Both the position numbers and the translations under genes were made by a program. From an uncultured Ignavibacteriota bacterium (GTDB lineage: Bacteria; Bacteroidota; Ignavibacteria; UBA10030; BY39), in contig CAMTVZ010000138.1 of assembly GCA_947085285.1 (NCBI GenBank), positions 330 to 64,329 on the forward strand: a DNA stretch of 64,000 bases, given 5' to 3'. Of this stretch, positions 1-9,214 are shown one piece after another; positions within the stretch are counted from its first letter, which is position 1; each line of letters begins with the position of its first letter. A model generated the notes under the pieces. The model was given only the letters and a program-made list of their open reading frames with translations, was not told the origin of the DNA and did not search any database.

Positions 1-630
1 TTGTTCGATGAGCCGCTAAGCAATCTCGATGCAAACCTGCGTGTTCAAATGCGAACCGAAATTTCGCGACTGCATCACCAAATTGAAACCACGATGATTT
101 ACGTAACGCACGACCAAGTGGAAGCAATGTCGATGGGCGACAGGATTGTTGTAATGAAAGACGGCTATATACATCAGGTTGATACACCACTAAACATATA
201 CAATAATCCCGTAAATAAATTTGTTGCTTCGTTTATCGGAAGTCCGACGATGAATTTTGTTGAAGGCACAATTCAAATTGATGATCAATTGAAGTTCACC
301 TCCCCCAGTAAAACTTTTACGTGTAATTTACCCGATGAATACAGAAACAAATTAGCTCCATATAAAAGTGAGAAAATTATATTAGGAATCCGACCTGAGC
401 ACATACACACTCAAATGAATTCGTCAACGTTGCAGGAGATAAAGGGGTTTATCGAAGTTATAGAAACGGTAGGTAACGAGATGTTTGTTTATTTCGCAAC
501 TGGAGAGAGGGAAAAGTTAGTGGCTCGTGTGCCCCCCGATAACCGGTTAAAAGTAAACGAAAACTTTCCGCTTTATATCGACACAACTAAATTACATTTT
601 TTTGATAAGGTAACAGAAAAAGCTGTATAA
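1..630 (+). CDS. Sugar ABC transporter ATP-binding protein (MalK/UgpC family), C-terminal part. The 5' end is truncated by the window edge.
   Basis: Walker B/D-loop [11 protein letters not shown] and H-loop YVTHDQ are present. The C-terminal TOBE-like regulatory domain follows. The frame is open at position 1. Confidence 0.75.
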   Translation: MFDEPLSNLDANLRVQMRTEISRLHHQIETTMIYVTHDQVEAMSMGDRIVVMKDGYIHQVDTPLNIYNNPVNKFVASFIGSPTMNFVEGTIQIDDQLKFTSPSKTFTCNLPDEYRNKLAPYKSEKIILGIRPEHIHTQMNSSTLQEIKGFIEVIETVGNEMFVYFATGEREKLVARVPPDNRLKVNENFPLYIDTTKLHFFDKVTEKAV

Positions 631-639
631 CAAGAACGA

Positions 640-1845
640 TCAAACTTCTGAAATTTTACGACAGATGTAAATATTATTTATTATTGGGTCGAAATGATGA
701 TGTGTTAGAATTTTTTCAATAGTCGAAAGAGTAACAATAAAACCAGCTTGTAAAAGTTTAATGCCGCTACCAGTACATAGATCGTTTGCTAATACCATAC
801 CCTCCCTGAGTTCATAGACGCTAATTTGTTGTTTATTATCCAGCCAAAAAGGATCGTTTGTAATGTGTAAATATTCTTCAAGCAATTGCATTACTCGCGG
901 GTCGAGTATCGTGCCTCGTGCTTTACGGACAGTTTCTATCAAATGATCGAGTTTGAAATCTGGTTTTGAGGTTTCTTGCTCAACAAGATTTACTGCTCTT
1001 AAAATTCTTGCCTCAATTGGAATATGCTGAGCTTGGAGCCTGTCGGGGTAACCTGTTCCGTCATAATTTTCTAACTGATGACGGATAACCAGACCCACAT
1101 TTTTTAATCTGCTAATCTTACCTATCAATAATTGCCCTAAAACCGGGAACTGGAACAACTTAGTTTTTTCGTCTTCCGACAAATCATAAAAATTCTTTTT
1201 TAGTATTTCATCGGAGAGTGTAATTTTTCCGATTTCTCGAAGTTGAATAGCCAATTCGATCGTCTTTTTTGTTTGAGCATCTAAACTTAATCTTTCAGTC
1301 ATCCAGCCAACCAATTCTTGTGCTTTCGAAGCTCTGACAGAAGCATTAGGGACGCGAAGTCCGATTAGCTGATTTAATAAATTTACCAATGCCAGCAATC
1401 CATCGTCTAATTCTTTGTTCAGTTGTTCTAATATTTTTTTATCATTTTTTAAAGTTTCTTGGAGTGATTTTATTCTTAAAAGTGCTTTTATTTTGGAATG
1501 AAGTTCTTCGGGGTTGAAAGGTTTCGTGATGAAATCATCGGCACCGACTTCTAAGCCTTTTATTTTAGTTTCGACTTCGGAAGCAACTGAAAGGATTACA
1601 AACATAGTATCGTACAGAAGGGGGTGTGATTTAATTTTTTTGCAAAAAGAGAAGCCATCTTCGTATGGCATGTAGTAATCTGAGAGGATAATGTCGGGTT
1701 GATTCTCCTCGGAAATTTTGAACGCTTGGATTGTATCGGTAGCTGTAAAAATTTTATAATGCGAGTTAACCTCCAATGCTCTTGAAATTTCATTTAAAAA
1801 CAGAGGTTCATCATCAATTATTAGTATTTTGAATTTTTTTTCCAT
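640..1845 (-). CDS. Response regulator with a receiver domain and a degenerate HD-GYP domain (GYP motif kept, HD dyad replaced).
   Basis: The N-terminus reads KILIIDDEP...ILSDYYMPYEDG, a REC domain. The C-terminus reads RHQLENYDGTGYPDRL, so the GYP motif is present. The expected LHDIGKI segment reads LREIGKI, so the HD dyad is absent. It sits 4 nt downstream of motB. Confidence 0.7.
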   Translation of the reverse strand: MEKKFKILIIDDEPLFLNEISRALEVNSHYKIFTATDTIQAFKISEENQPDIILSDYYMPYEDGFSFCKKIKSHPLLYDTMFVILSVASEVETKIKGLEVGADDFITKPFNPEELHSKIKALLRIKSLQETLKNDKKILEQLNKELDDGLLALVNLLNQLIGLRVPNASVRASKAQELVGWMTERLSLDAQTKKTIELAIQLREIGKITLSDEILKKNFYDLSEDEKTKLFQFPVLGQLLIGKISRLKNVGLVIRHQLENYDGTGYPDRLQAQHIPIEARILRAVNLVEQETSKPDFKLDHLIETVRKARGTILDPRVMQLLEEYLHITNDPFWLDNKQQISVYELREGMVLANDLCTGSGIKLLQAGFIVTLSTIEKILTHHHFDPIINNIYICRKISEV

Positions 1846-1849
1846 AAAC

Positions 1850-2617
1850 TTATCTCACATCAAATTTAATAATTATACTTATTCTGCGGTTGGATACATC
1901 GTTTGGGTTTTCAGCGTTACGAAGTTTTCTGTCGGCATAACCGCGTACTTCATCTATTTGAGAATCCTTAATTCCATTAGCAACCAAAACCCGACGAGCG
2001 CTATTCGATCGATCGGCGCTCAACTCAAAATTCGAATATCCGTCGCTTCTTTGATAAGGTCTACTGTCGGTATGTCCTTCAATAATAATGTGATTTGGTA
2101 GCTTGCCTACTTCTTTTGCGATGGCAGATAATATTTTTATAGCTTCAGGTTTTAGCTGAGCGTTTCCAATATCAAAAAAGAAGGATTCCGAGCCTTCGAG
2201 GAGTTCGATTCTCATTCCTTCTTTTACAATCTCTATTTTAATTTGCTCTAATAATTTTTTTAGGTTTGGTTCTTTAGTAAGTTCTCTCATAATAGCATTT
2301 GCCATCTCTTCTAATTTTTTTTCTTCACGTTTCAACATTTCGTCCTGAATTCTTTCTTTCACTATAGGAGAATCGCCCGAAAAAGTTCCAGTCCCTTTTG
2401 TGTTTTCAAAGAAAGCACCTGGGTCTTTAAAGTAGTTGGCTACATATTCTTTTATCTGCTTGCTTTGACCGACTATCCATAGCACAATAAACAAAGCCAT
2501 CATAGCTGTTACAAAATCGGCATAAGCCACTTTCCAGGCTCCGCCGTGATGAGCGGCGTGGTGCTTTTTATTTTTTCGTACAATTCGTACTGGTAAATCA
2601 TTATTCAAAGATTTCAT
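1850..2617 (-). CDS. motB: Flagellar stator protein MotB.
   Basis: A single transmembrane segment follows KVAYADFVTAMMALFIVLW. The C-terminus is OmpA-like (IIEGHTDSRPY). It follows motA directly. Confidence 0.85.
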   Translation of the reverse strand: MKSLNNDLPVRIVRKNKKHHAAHHGGAWKVAYADFVTAMMALFIVLWIVGQSKQIKEYVANYFKDPGAFFENTKGTGTFSGDSPIVKERIQDEMLKREEKKLEEMANAIMRELTKEPNLKKLLEQIKIEIVKEGMRIELLEGSESFFFDIGNAQLKPEAIKILSAIAKEVGKLPNHIIIEGHTDSRPYQRSDGYSNFELSADRSNSARRVLVANGIKDSQIDEVRGYADRKLRNAENPNDVSNRRISIIIKFDVR

Positions 2618-2629
2618 TTTAGATAATTC

Positions 2630-3505
2630 CTATTGTGTTGCTTTCTGTGTTGCTTTCAAAGATTTTACAGCTTCTTCTAATTCACTAAACGACGGACGCA
2701 CGTCATCAAAAATCACTCTACGGGCGAATTCAACTACGATAATTGGTGCGTTCCCTTTTGTATAAGCCACTACACCAGCTTTAATGCTTTCTAAATATCT
2801 ATGTTCTATTTGATTTAACAGTTCAAGATGAGTTGCAATCGGTTGAACAAATCCATACGATAAAAGGACCCCTAAGAAAGTACCTACAAGAGCGGCTGCA
2901 ACTTTTTGGCCGATTATTTCGGGCGGTCCGTCGATTGCCTGCATTGTAATAACAATTCCTAACACTGCCGCAACTATACCCAAGCCTGGCAGTGCATCTC
3001 CGATTTTTTGAATGATATTCGGTGCCGCTGAGCTTTCCTGGTGTTTAGTTTCGAGATCTGCCTCAAGTAATGCCTCTAGGTCGTGAGGAGGAACTCCGCC
3101 GCCGAGGAGTAATTTCATAGAATCACAAAAAAAGCTGATTGCATGATGTTGTTTTAACAGGAATGGATTTTTCGAAAAAATGGAGCTCTTCTCGGGCGAT
3201 TCAATATGCTGTTCAATATTAATAAGTCCATCGCGAGTGGCAAGGTTAAACAATTCGAACATACTCTTTAGCAAATTTAAATACTCCTGCTTAGTATATG
3301 GGTTGCCTTTAAAGATAAACCCAATACTCTTTGAAATTTTTTTTAAAATATGTAGAGGAGTTGATACTAATAGCGAGCCAATAGCAGCACCACCAATTAT
3401 CATAAATTCGCTCCACTGTAATAATACAAGTAATGGTCCTCCGTGCAGCAAATAGCCGCCCAGCACACCAATTATTACAACTGCTAAACCGATTATTACC
3501 AACAT
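2630..3505 (-). CDS. motA: Flagellar stator protein MotA.
   Basis: The membrane topology and C-terminal region match the MotA/TolQ/ExbB family. It is adjacent to motB. Confidence 0.85.
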   Translation of the reverse strand: MLVIIGLAVVIIGVLGGYLLHGGPLLVLLQWSEFMIIGGAAIGSLLVSTPLHILKKISKSIGFIFKGNPYTKQEYLNLLKSMFELFNLATRDGLINIEQHIESPEKSSIFSKNPFLLKQHHAISFFCDSMKLLLGGGVPPHDLEALLEADLETKHQESSAAPNIIQKIGDALPGLGIVAAVLGIVITMQAIDGPPEIIGQKVAAALVGTFLGVLLSYGFVQPIATHLELLNQIEHRYLESIKAGVVAYTKGNAPIIVVEFARRVIFDDVRPSFSELEEAVKSLKATQKATQ

Positions 3506-3514
3506 ATATCTACC

Positions 3515-3766
3515 TCATCTTTTAACATTTTTATTTGAATTTTCTTTGAGCATCCGGGCTGCTTGTATTACTGTACTCTTCAGAGTTTTCGCGGCTTCGG
3601 TATTATATCTCTCTATTTGGTCATATACTTCCGATCGAAATATTTTCACGTCATCGGGAGCTTCGAATCCTAACTTTACCTGTCCATCGGATATTTCTAA
3701 AATTTTGAGCTTAATATTTTTACTTATCACAATCGATTCGCTTATTTTTCTTGTCAATATTAACAT
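3515..3766 (-). CDS. csrA: Carbon storage regulator CsrA.
   Basis: MLILTRKISESIVIS...VKLGFEAPDDVKIFRSEVY is the canonical CsrA sequence. It lies immediately downstream of fliW. Confidence 0.9.
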   Translation of the reverse strand: MLILTRKISESIVISKNIKLKILEISDGQVKLGFEAPDDVKIFRSEVYDQIERYNTEAAKTLKSTVIQAARMLKENSNKNVKR

Positions 3767-3777
3767 AATATCCTCAT

Positions 3778-4182
3778 CTATTCAGGAATGGTTTCAAGTT
3801 TCAGCGAAAAATCATATCGTAGCTTTTCGTCCTCAAGAATTATTTGAACCCCCACCTGAGTATCGTTATCTATAATAATCGGGCTTCTCAAATTTAATGT
3901 CGAATCCTCAAATGGTTCGCGGAGTGTTGCAACAACAAACACACTTTTTTTACCTGGCATTTTGGGTATATAGTAATCAGGAATTATTAGGTTTGGTTCG
4001 ATTAGAGGAAGACTAAAATTCGAATCCTCAATTGAAACAAGCCAACGGAAGGGTTGAGAATCTTCGTCGTCAACAACTATAAATTTTTTTAAGTTTTCAA
4101 AACCGATAATCCCTTCAGGAAAATCTACTATGTGTTTTTCTTCGAACTCAAATTCGCCAAAATGATGGTTAAAATATTTCAT
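3778..4182 (-). CDS. fliW: Flagellar assembly factor FliW.
   Basis: The N-terminus IVDFPEGIIGFENLKKFIV and the RWLVSIED segment match the FliW family. It pairs with csrA as in Bacillus. Confidence 0.85.
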   Translation of the reverse strand: MKYFNHHFGEFEFEEKHIVDFPEGIIGFENLKKFIVVDDEDSQPFRWLVSIEDSNFSLPLIEPNLIIPDYYIPKMPGKKSVFVVATLREPFEDSTLNLRSPIIIDNDTQVGVQIILEDEKLRYDFSLKLETIPE

Positions 4183-4904
4183 TATAATTTCTCCTTTAAA
4201 TTATTTTCTTGAATTAAGTTTGTAACTATTACGATATCAACTCTTCTGTTACGGGCTCGATTTTCGGGTGTAGTATTAGGAACTATAGGATGATACTCGG
4301 AATAACCTGTAACAGAAATTTTTTCGGCTGTTAGCTTGTGTTTAGTAATAAGATAATATGCAGCTACTACCGCACGTTCAACCGATAAGTGCCAGTTCGA
4401 TGGAAATCGAGGTGTATTTATTGGAACATTGTCGGTATGCCCTTCGATTCTTATTTCGTTAGGCAAAGTCTGCAAAATTTTTGCCAGTGAATCGAGAACA
4501 GTTAACGAGTTGTTTTTTAATTCTGCCTTTCCGGTTTCGAATAATAATTCTTCCATCAAATGGACTGTAACACCTCGTTCGTTGTCGGTAACCGAAACTA
4601 ATCCTGAATTCACACTTGGTGCTAATGCATTTTTTATTTCGTCCTGGATTAATTTTTTTTCAATTTGGATTTCCGACAAGATAGGTTCGCGAACATCGAA
4701 TTTGCTTGACGGTAATATTTTTTCGGAGCTGCCGAAAATGCCCCCAAGGGCTGTAACAATTTTCGAATATCTATCACTATCTATCTTCGACATTGCATAC
4801 AATATCACAAATAAACCCAGTAATAATGTTATTAGGTCGGCATAGGTTAGAAGCCAGCGTTCGGTATTGTGAGTTTCATCTTTATTTATTTTTCTCTTAA
4901 TCAC
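4182..4904 (-). CDS. Second stator B subunit (MotB/MotS/PomB-like).
   Basis: The transmembrane segment reads RWLLTYADLITLLLGLFVIL. The OmpA C-terminus reads RIEGHTDNVPI. It is translationally coupled to the upstream MotA paralog. Confidence 0.75.
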   Translation of the reverse strand: MIKRKINKDETHNTERWLLTYADLITLLLGLFVILYAMSKIDSDRYSKIVTALGGIFGSSEKILPSSKFDVREPILSEIQIEKKLIQDEIKNALAPSVNSGLVSVTDNERGVTVHLMEELLFETGKAELKNNSLTVLDSLAKILQTLPNEIRIEGHTDNVPINTPRFPSNWHLSVERAVVAAYYLITKHKLTAEKISVTGYSEYHPIVPNTTPENRARNRRVDIVIVTNLIQENNLKEKL

Positions 4905-5680
4905 AGATTATGCCCCTTTTGACTTGAAGGGATCATACTTTCGAGTTTGGAACGAATAACTGAAGGCGACTCCCCCTGTTGGATAGCTATTACACTAACA
5001 ATATACATTTCTAACATTAATTGTTCTTCTGAATGAATTTGTTTCAACTTGTCGGCAATTGGCAACCAAACCAAATTTGCCATCAACACACCCCAAAGAG
5101 TTGCAACAAAAGCTGTTGCTATGTGTCGAATCAGTTCGTTCGGATCTTCGCCAGCAGCTGCTAATGTAGCAATCAAACCCATAACCGTACCAATAATTCC
5201 CATAGTTGGCGAATATCCCCCCATCCGTTGAAACAAACCAGAACCCTGGGCATGCCTTTCGGACAGGTAGTGGACCTCCATTTCAGCAATAGAGCGTAGA
5301 TCATCGGACTCGGTTCCGTCGATTGCTAATTGTAACATTTTTTTTAAGAATGGACTTTTTATATTTTCTATCTCTTTTTCGAGAACAAGTAAGCCTTCGC
5401 GGCGAGCAATAATTGCATAACTTACTAGTTCATCAATGGTTTGCTGAGTATCAAACCTCAGCGGGCGTATTACAAGAAGAATCAACTTGCCGAACATTAT
5501 AAATTTTTGAAAAGATGTGCCTATCAAAGCTGCGGCAAATGTGCCGCCGAATACTATGATCATTGCGGGCAAAAGAATTAATGCCCCAGTGCTACCACCT
5601 TCCAACATAAAGGATCCGAATATTGAACCGAATCCCAACAACAATCCACCTATTGTCCCTATGTCGTATGTTTTTTTCAT
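4901..5680 (-). CDS. Second stator A subunit (MotA/MotP/PomA-like).
   Basis: The four-TM MotA architecture is present. The conserved C-terminal region reads GIIGTVMGLI...ATLWGVLMANL. Confidence 0.75.
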   Translation of the reverse strand: MKKTYDIGTIGGLLLGFGSIFGSFMLEGGSTGALILLPAMIIVFGGTFAAALIGTSFQKFIMFGKLILLVIRPLRFDTQQTIDELVSYAIIARREGLLVLEKEIENIKSPFLKKMLQLAIDGTESDDLRSIAEMEVHYLSERHAQGSGLFQRMGGYSPTMGIIGTVMGLIATLAAAGEDPNELIRHIATAFVATLWGVLMANLVWLPIADKLKQIHSEEQLMLEMYIVSVIAIQQGESPSVIRSKLESMIPSSQKGHNL

Positions 5681-5681
5681 G

Positions 5682-6572
5682 TTATCTCAAATAGTCTAAT
5701 AATGTTTTGGGAATGATTCGCGCACCAACATTCATTGCTGCTTCAAGTGTCATTTCTTCCTGTTTCAATTTCACGATCGATTCGGCAATATCAGCATCCT
5801 GAAAATCAGAGAGTAATTTCAACAGGTTTACTTTGTTACTTTCAATTTGCTTTTCAAAATTATCGATTGTTTGATTTATTGAACCTAACTTACCCCCGAT
5901 ATCTGTTACATATTTGAAATGCTCTGAAATTGCTTGTATTTCCAGAGCTGTAGGGAGTTGACCGTTAAGCATGTTGTCTCTAATTTGAATCAGGTCGGTG
6001 AATATTTGATTTCCTCGGAAGGCTTCTTGACCGTTGATGTTTACAGTTTGAGATACACCTTCGCCAAAAGCAAATTTAATAGCACCCGATATACCGCTCG
6101 GGTTTACAGAAACGCTCGAACGATCAGCCGCCAAAACAAAAGGTGGTTGCAGGTTTTGTGTACCCCCGAAAATATATTTACCATTAAACTGTGTGTTGGC
6201 AATATGTACCGATTCGTCTAAAAGTTGATCGATTTTTTTGGCATAAATACTTAGTTCGTTCGACTGGGTACCATTCTTGGCGCGAACTAAAAGTTCTTTT
6301 ACTTCAGAAAGGATATTGGTAAAGTTATCGATTGCCAAACTTGTTGCATCGACGAAACTTTTCCCCTCTGAAATATTTTTCATATACTGTTCGGTCCTAT
6401 CGAGGGCACTCTGGAACAAAATTATTTTGTTTGCTGCTTCGGGATCGTCGGAAGGTTTGTTTACCCGTTTCGAGGTAGCAATTTGGGTTTGTAGCATTAC
6501 CAAACGATCGCGGCTACGATTTATGTTAGATAAAAAGTTTGATATAAATTTGTTTTCAGTTATACGCATCAT
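5682..6572 (-). CDS. flgL: Flagellar hook-associated protein 3, FlgL.
   Basis: The N-terminus MRITENKF...TQIATSKRVNKPSDDPEAA is a flagellin-like N domain. It follows flgK. Confidence 0.8.
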   Translation of the reverse strand: MMRITENKFISNFLSNINRSRDRLVMLQTQIATSKRVNKPSDDPEAANKIILFQSALDRTEQYMKNISEGKSFVDATSLAIDNFTNILSEVKELLVRAKNGTQSNELSIYAKKIDQLLDESVHIANTQFNGKYIFGGTQNLQPPFVLAADRSSVSVNPSGISGAIKFAFGEGVSQTVNINGQEAFRGNQIFTDLIQIRDNMLNGQLPTALEIQAISEHFKYVTDIGGKLGSINQTIDNFEKQIESNKVNLLKLLSDFQDADIAESIVKLKQEEMTLEAAMNVGARIIPKTLLDYLR

Positions 6573-7939
6573 TACACCATATTTAATATTGTTTGATATA
6601 ATTCATTAACACTGTTTACAACTTTTGCTGCTGCGTCGAATGACCTTTGATATTTAATCATATTAGTCATTTCTTCGTCGATTGAAACACCCGATACCGC
6701 CTGCCTCTGGTTTTCCAATTGACTAATGACTAAATCGCTCATCTTTAAATTATTCCCTACAATGTTTATCTGTGAACCCAATCCGCTAACAAGTGAAGCA
6801 TAAAATTGTTTTAACGAAGTTGTACCGCCGTTTAGAATTTTTTCGTTTTCAATTCCGGCTATCGCCAAAGCTATTGCGTTATCACCAGGTGCACCGTCGG
6901 ATGAAGCCGTTATGTTGTTTAGATTATTAAGAATACTGGCTGCAATATCTATATCTGACGAACCGGTCCCGGTAAAGAAATTATTTCCTGTTGATGGAGG
7001 ATTGCCCAATCCATACCCGGAAGAGTGGATTGAATTAACTCTGTTAATTAAATTTGATGCAATCTGGTCGAGTTTGGTCAGAAAATCAGGGACGGTGGTA
7101 TTACGAACTTTTAAAATTCCGCTCAACTCCCCCGAATTAATGTTAACAGAGTTCCCCGTTAAACTGGAAACGATATTCAAACTGTTACCGACACGCTCTG
7201 TGCGAAGTTCAACTGCACCTGCTCGCGAGGCAATTACAACTCCACCAACCGAAACCATAGTTGACCCACGTCCATCCTCAGTAACTTTAATATTTACAAG
7301 CTTGGAGAGCTCCTCAATTTTCAAATCTCTTTGGTCTTTAGCATCGTTTGGCGAAATGTTATCTACCAGTTTGCTTGTAATTTGCAGATCGAGTTGACTG
7401 ATTTCTTTTGTGAGCTGATTAATCCGGCCGAGTTTATGTTCTATTTCGATGTCAGTATCGCTTATCAATTTTTTTAAGCCTTGATCTAATCTTTTGAACG
7501 ACCCTGTTAAATTTACACCTTGTTGAAGCACAATGTTCCTTATGCCAGTGCTGTCGGGATTTTTCGCAAGTTCGTTGAAACTACCAAAGAACTTACTCAT
7601 AGCTGAACTTAAACCAACATCTGTTGGTTCGTTTATAAGAGCTTCGATTTGCGAAAGATACTGCTGCTGTGCTACTAAATCGCCATTAAGCTGGTTATTA
7701 GTTCTGACCTGCTGGTCAATAAATTGATTACGGAGTCTGCCGATATAATCGACGGTAACACCTGTCCCGATTAGGCCGGCTTTTCGTTTTAGGGGCTGCG
7801 ATGCTACTAAATCGGCTCGTTGGCGAGTGTAGCCTGGTGTGTTTACATTAGCAATGTTGTGGCTTGTTACACTCATCGCAAGCCGCTGAGTTATTAACGC
7901 TCGACGAGCGCTCTCGAGTATGTCGGTTAATCCAGCCAT
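6572..7939 (-). CDS. flgK: Flagellar hook-associated protein 1, FlgK.
   Basis: The N-terminus reads LAMSVTSHNIANVNTPGYTRQRADL. Length is 455 aa. A conserved C-terminal helix is present. Confidence 0.85.
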   Translation of the reverse strand: MAGLTDILESARRALITQRLAMSVTSHNIANVNTPGYTRQRADLVASQPLKRKAGLIGTGVTVDYIGRLRNQFIDQQVRTNNQLNGDLVAQQQYLSQIEALINEPTDVGLSSAMSKFFGSFNELAKNPDSTGIRNIVLQQGVNLTGSFKRLDQGLKKLISDTDIEIEHKLGRINQLTKEISQLDLQITSKLVDNISPNDAKDQRDLKIEELSKLVNIKVTEDGRGSTMVSVGGVVIASRAGAVELRTERVGNSLNIVSSLTGNSVNINSGELSGILKVRNTTVPDFLTKLDQIASNLINRVNSIHSSGYGLGNPPSTGNNFFTGTGSSDIDIAASILNNLNNITASSDGAPGDNAIALAIAGIENEKILNGGTTSLKQFYASLVSGLGSQINIVGNNLKMSDLVISQLENQRQAVSGVSIDEEMTNMIKYQRSFDAAAKVVNSVNELYQTILNMV

Positions 7940-7948
7940 ATTTTTTTC

Positions 7949-8404
7949 CTAAACTCTACAATCAATAAGTTGTTTGGTGTGATTTTCAGTTATTAACTTA
8001 ACATTTTCGCGTACAAAGTTTAAAGCGTTCTCGATCAATAATTTATTTTCCTGATTAACAGCTTGTAGATTTTTAATTATATTAGAAAGCCGATTACCCA
8101 CTTTCATAAGCCTTTCGGCATCGTTCGGATGCAACTGGTTTGTGATATGCGATAGATGAATATCCGATTTGGTTTCAGAATTTGCATCGTTACCTGCAAT
8201 TTCTAAACAAAGCATTAAACGTGCAGCTTCAAGGTTCTCTAATGGCAACATCAGGTCATAGAATTGATTAATTAAATTGCTTAAGGCGGTAATATCATTA
8301 TAAATAATCGCAAGTTGTTGCATTCGTAAGTTGGGAGCAATTAATTCTGCAAGTTCGGCTTCCATCGTCATTACAGTTTCAAGTTCTTCAATCTTTTTTT
8401 TCAT
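7949..8404 (-). CDS. Putative flagellar export chaperone (FlgN-like).
   Basis: A 151 aa helical protein immediately upstream of flgK-flgL. This matches the position of flgN/yvyG in Bacillus. Confidence 0.45.
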   Translation of the reverse strand: MKKKIEELETVMTMEAELAELIAPNLRMQQLAIIYNDITALSNLINQFYDLMLPLENLEAARLMLCLEIAGNDANSETKSDIHLSHITNQLHPNDAERLMKVGNRLSNIIKNLQAVNQENKLLIENALNFVRENVKLITENHTKQLIDCRV

Positions 8405-9203
8405 TTATATTCTCCTGTTCTTTGAAATAATTGATAAAATTCATCACTTTTTCTATATAAAGTTTAGTTTCTTTATATGGGGGAACGCCCGAGTGTTTTT
8501 CAACCGCGCCCGGTCCGGCGTTGTAAGCAGCTAAAGCTAACTCAACATCGTTTTGGAATTCTTTTAGCATCTTTGCCAAATATTTGGTGCCTCCGTTTAT
8601 ATTTTCGACTGGATTCCAGACATCCTTGACCCCCATATCCGAAGCTGTGGAATCGATCATCTGCATCAGCCCCTTTGCATTTTTCGGCGACTTTGCATTT
8701 ACTTTACCCGCCGATTCGGTTGCAATAACTGCTTTTATTAATGTGCTATCAACATTGTGTTTAGCAGCTGCTTCGTTTATTAATTTTTCATAATTCTGAA
8801 TTCGATTTTTAATTGTATCGGCTGGAGTAATAAAGTTGGTCGGTTTATTAATTTCTGATTCCTTCGCATTTTCGTTTTTTACAACTCTATTTAAAGTTTC
8901 TGGTTTGGGCAATACCTCGCCAGTAAGTTGCCGATACAGCATCTCGCCGATACCGAAGCTGTTATTTTGTGAAATATGTTTAGCAAGTTCACTATCAAAT
9001 ACACTTTCTAATATATCGCCGCCGTAATTTTCGCCAAAGCCATCTGAATCTACCTGACTGGAACGCATACTCTTTAATAAATATCCAACCATAATCGCCT
9101 CAAAATCTTTTACAACTTTTTGCAATTTTAATTTTGATTGCTCGTCCAATTTATTTTGAGCCGACGACTGTGTATGATTAATATGTGTTGTTAGTATGTT
9201 CAC
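8388..9203 (-). CDS. flgJ: FlgJ-like protein with a rod-binding domain fused to an SLT lytic transglycosylase domain.
   Basis: The N-terminus reads FEAIMVGYLLKSMRSS...NSFGIGEMLYRQL, a rod-binding domain. The C-terminus reads ESAGKVNAKSPKNAKGLMQM...AAYNAGPGAV, an SLT motif. Confidence 0.7.
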   Translation of the reverse strand: MNILTTHINHTQSSAQNKLDEQSKLKLQKVVKDFEAIMVGYLLKSMRSSQVDSDGFGENYGGDILESVFDSELAKHISQNNSFGIGEMLYRQLTGEVLPKPETLNRVVKNENAKESEINKPTNFITPADTIKNRIQNYEKLINEAAAKHNVDSTLIKAVIATESAGKVNAKSPKNAKGLMQMIDSTASDMGVKDVWNPVENINGGTKYLAKMLKEFQNDVELALAAYNAGPGAVEKHSGVPPYKETKLYIEKVMNFINYFKEQENINEKKD

Positions 9204-9214
9204 TTTATTAAAGT

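Noticed and set aside
1596-1793. 65 aa ORF inside the HD-GYP regulator gene on the same strand but a different frame.
   Set aside because: It is fully nested in a well-supported CDS and has no domain signal. It is probably a frame artefact of AT-rich sequence.
3546-3875. 109 aa plus-strand ORF antisense to csrA/fliW. Many similar antisense ORFs appear in the track (e.g. 4429-4845, 6912-7397, 9528-9842, 36935-37483, 46894-47340, 53065-53541).
   Set aside because: All lie antisense to strongly supported flagellar or accessory genes. They have low-complexity composition and no recognisable motifs. I treat them as spurious.
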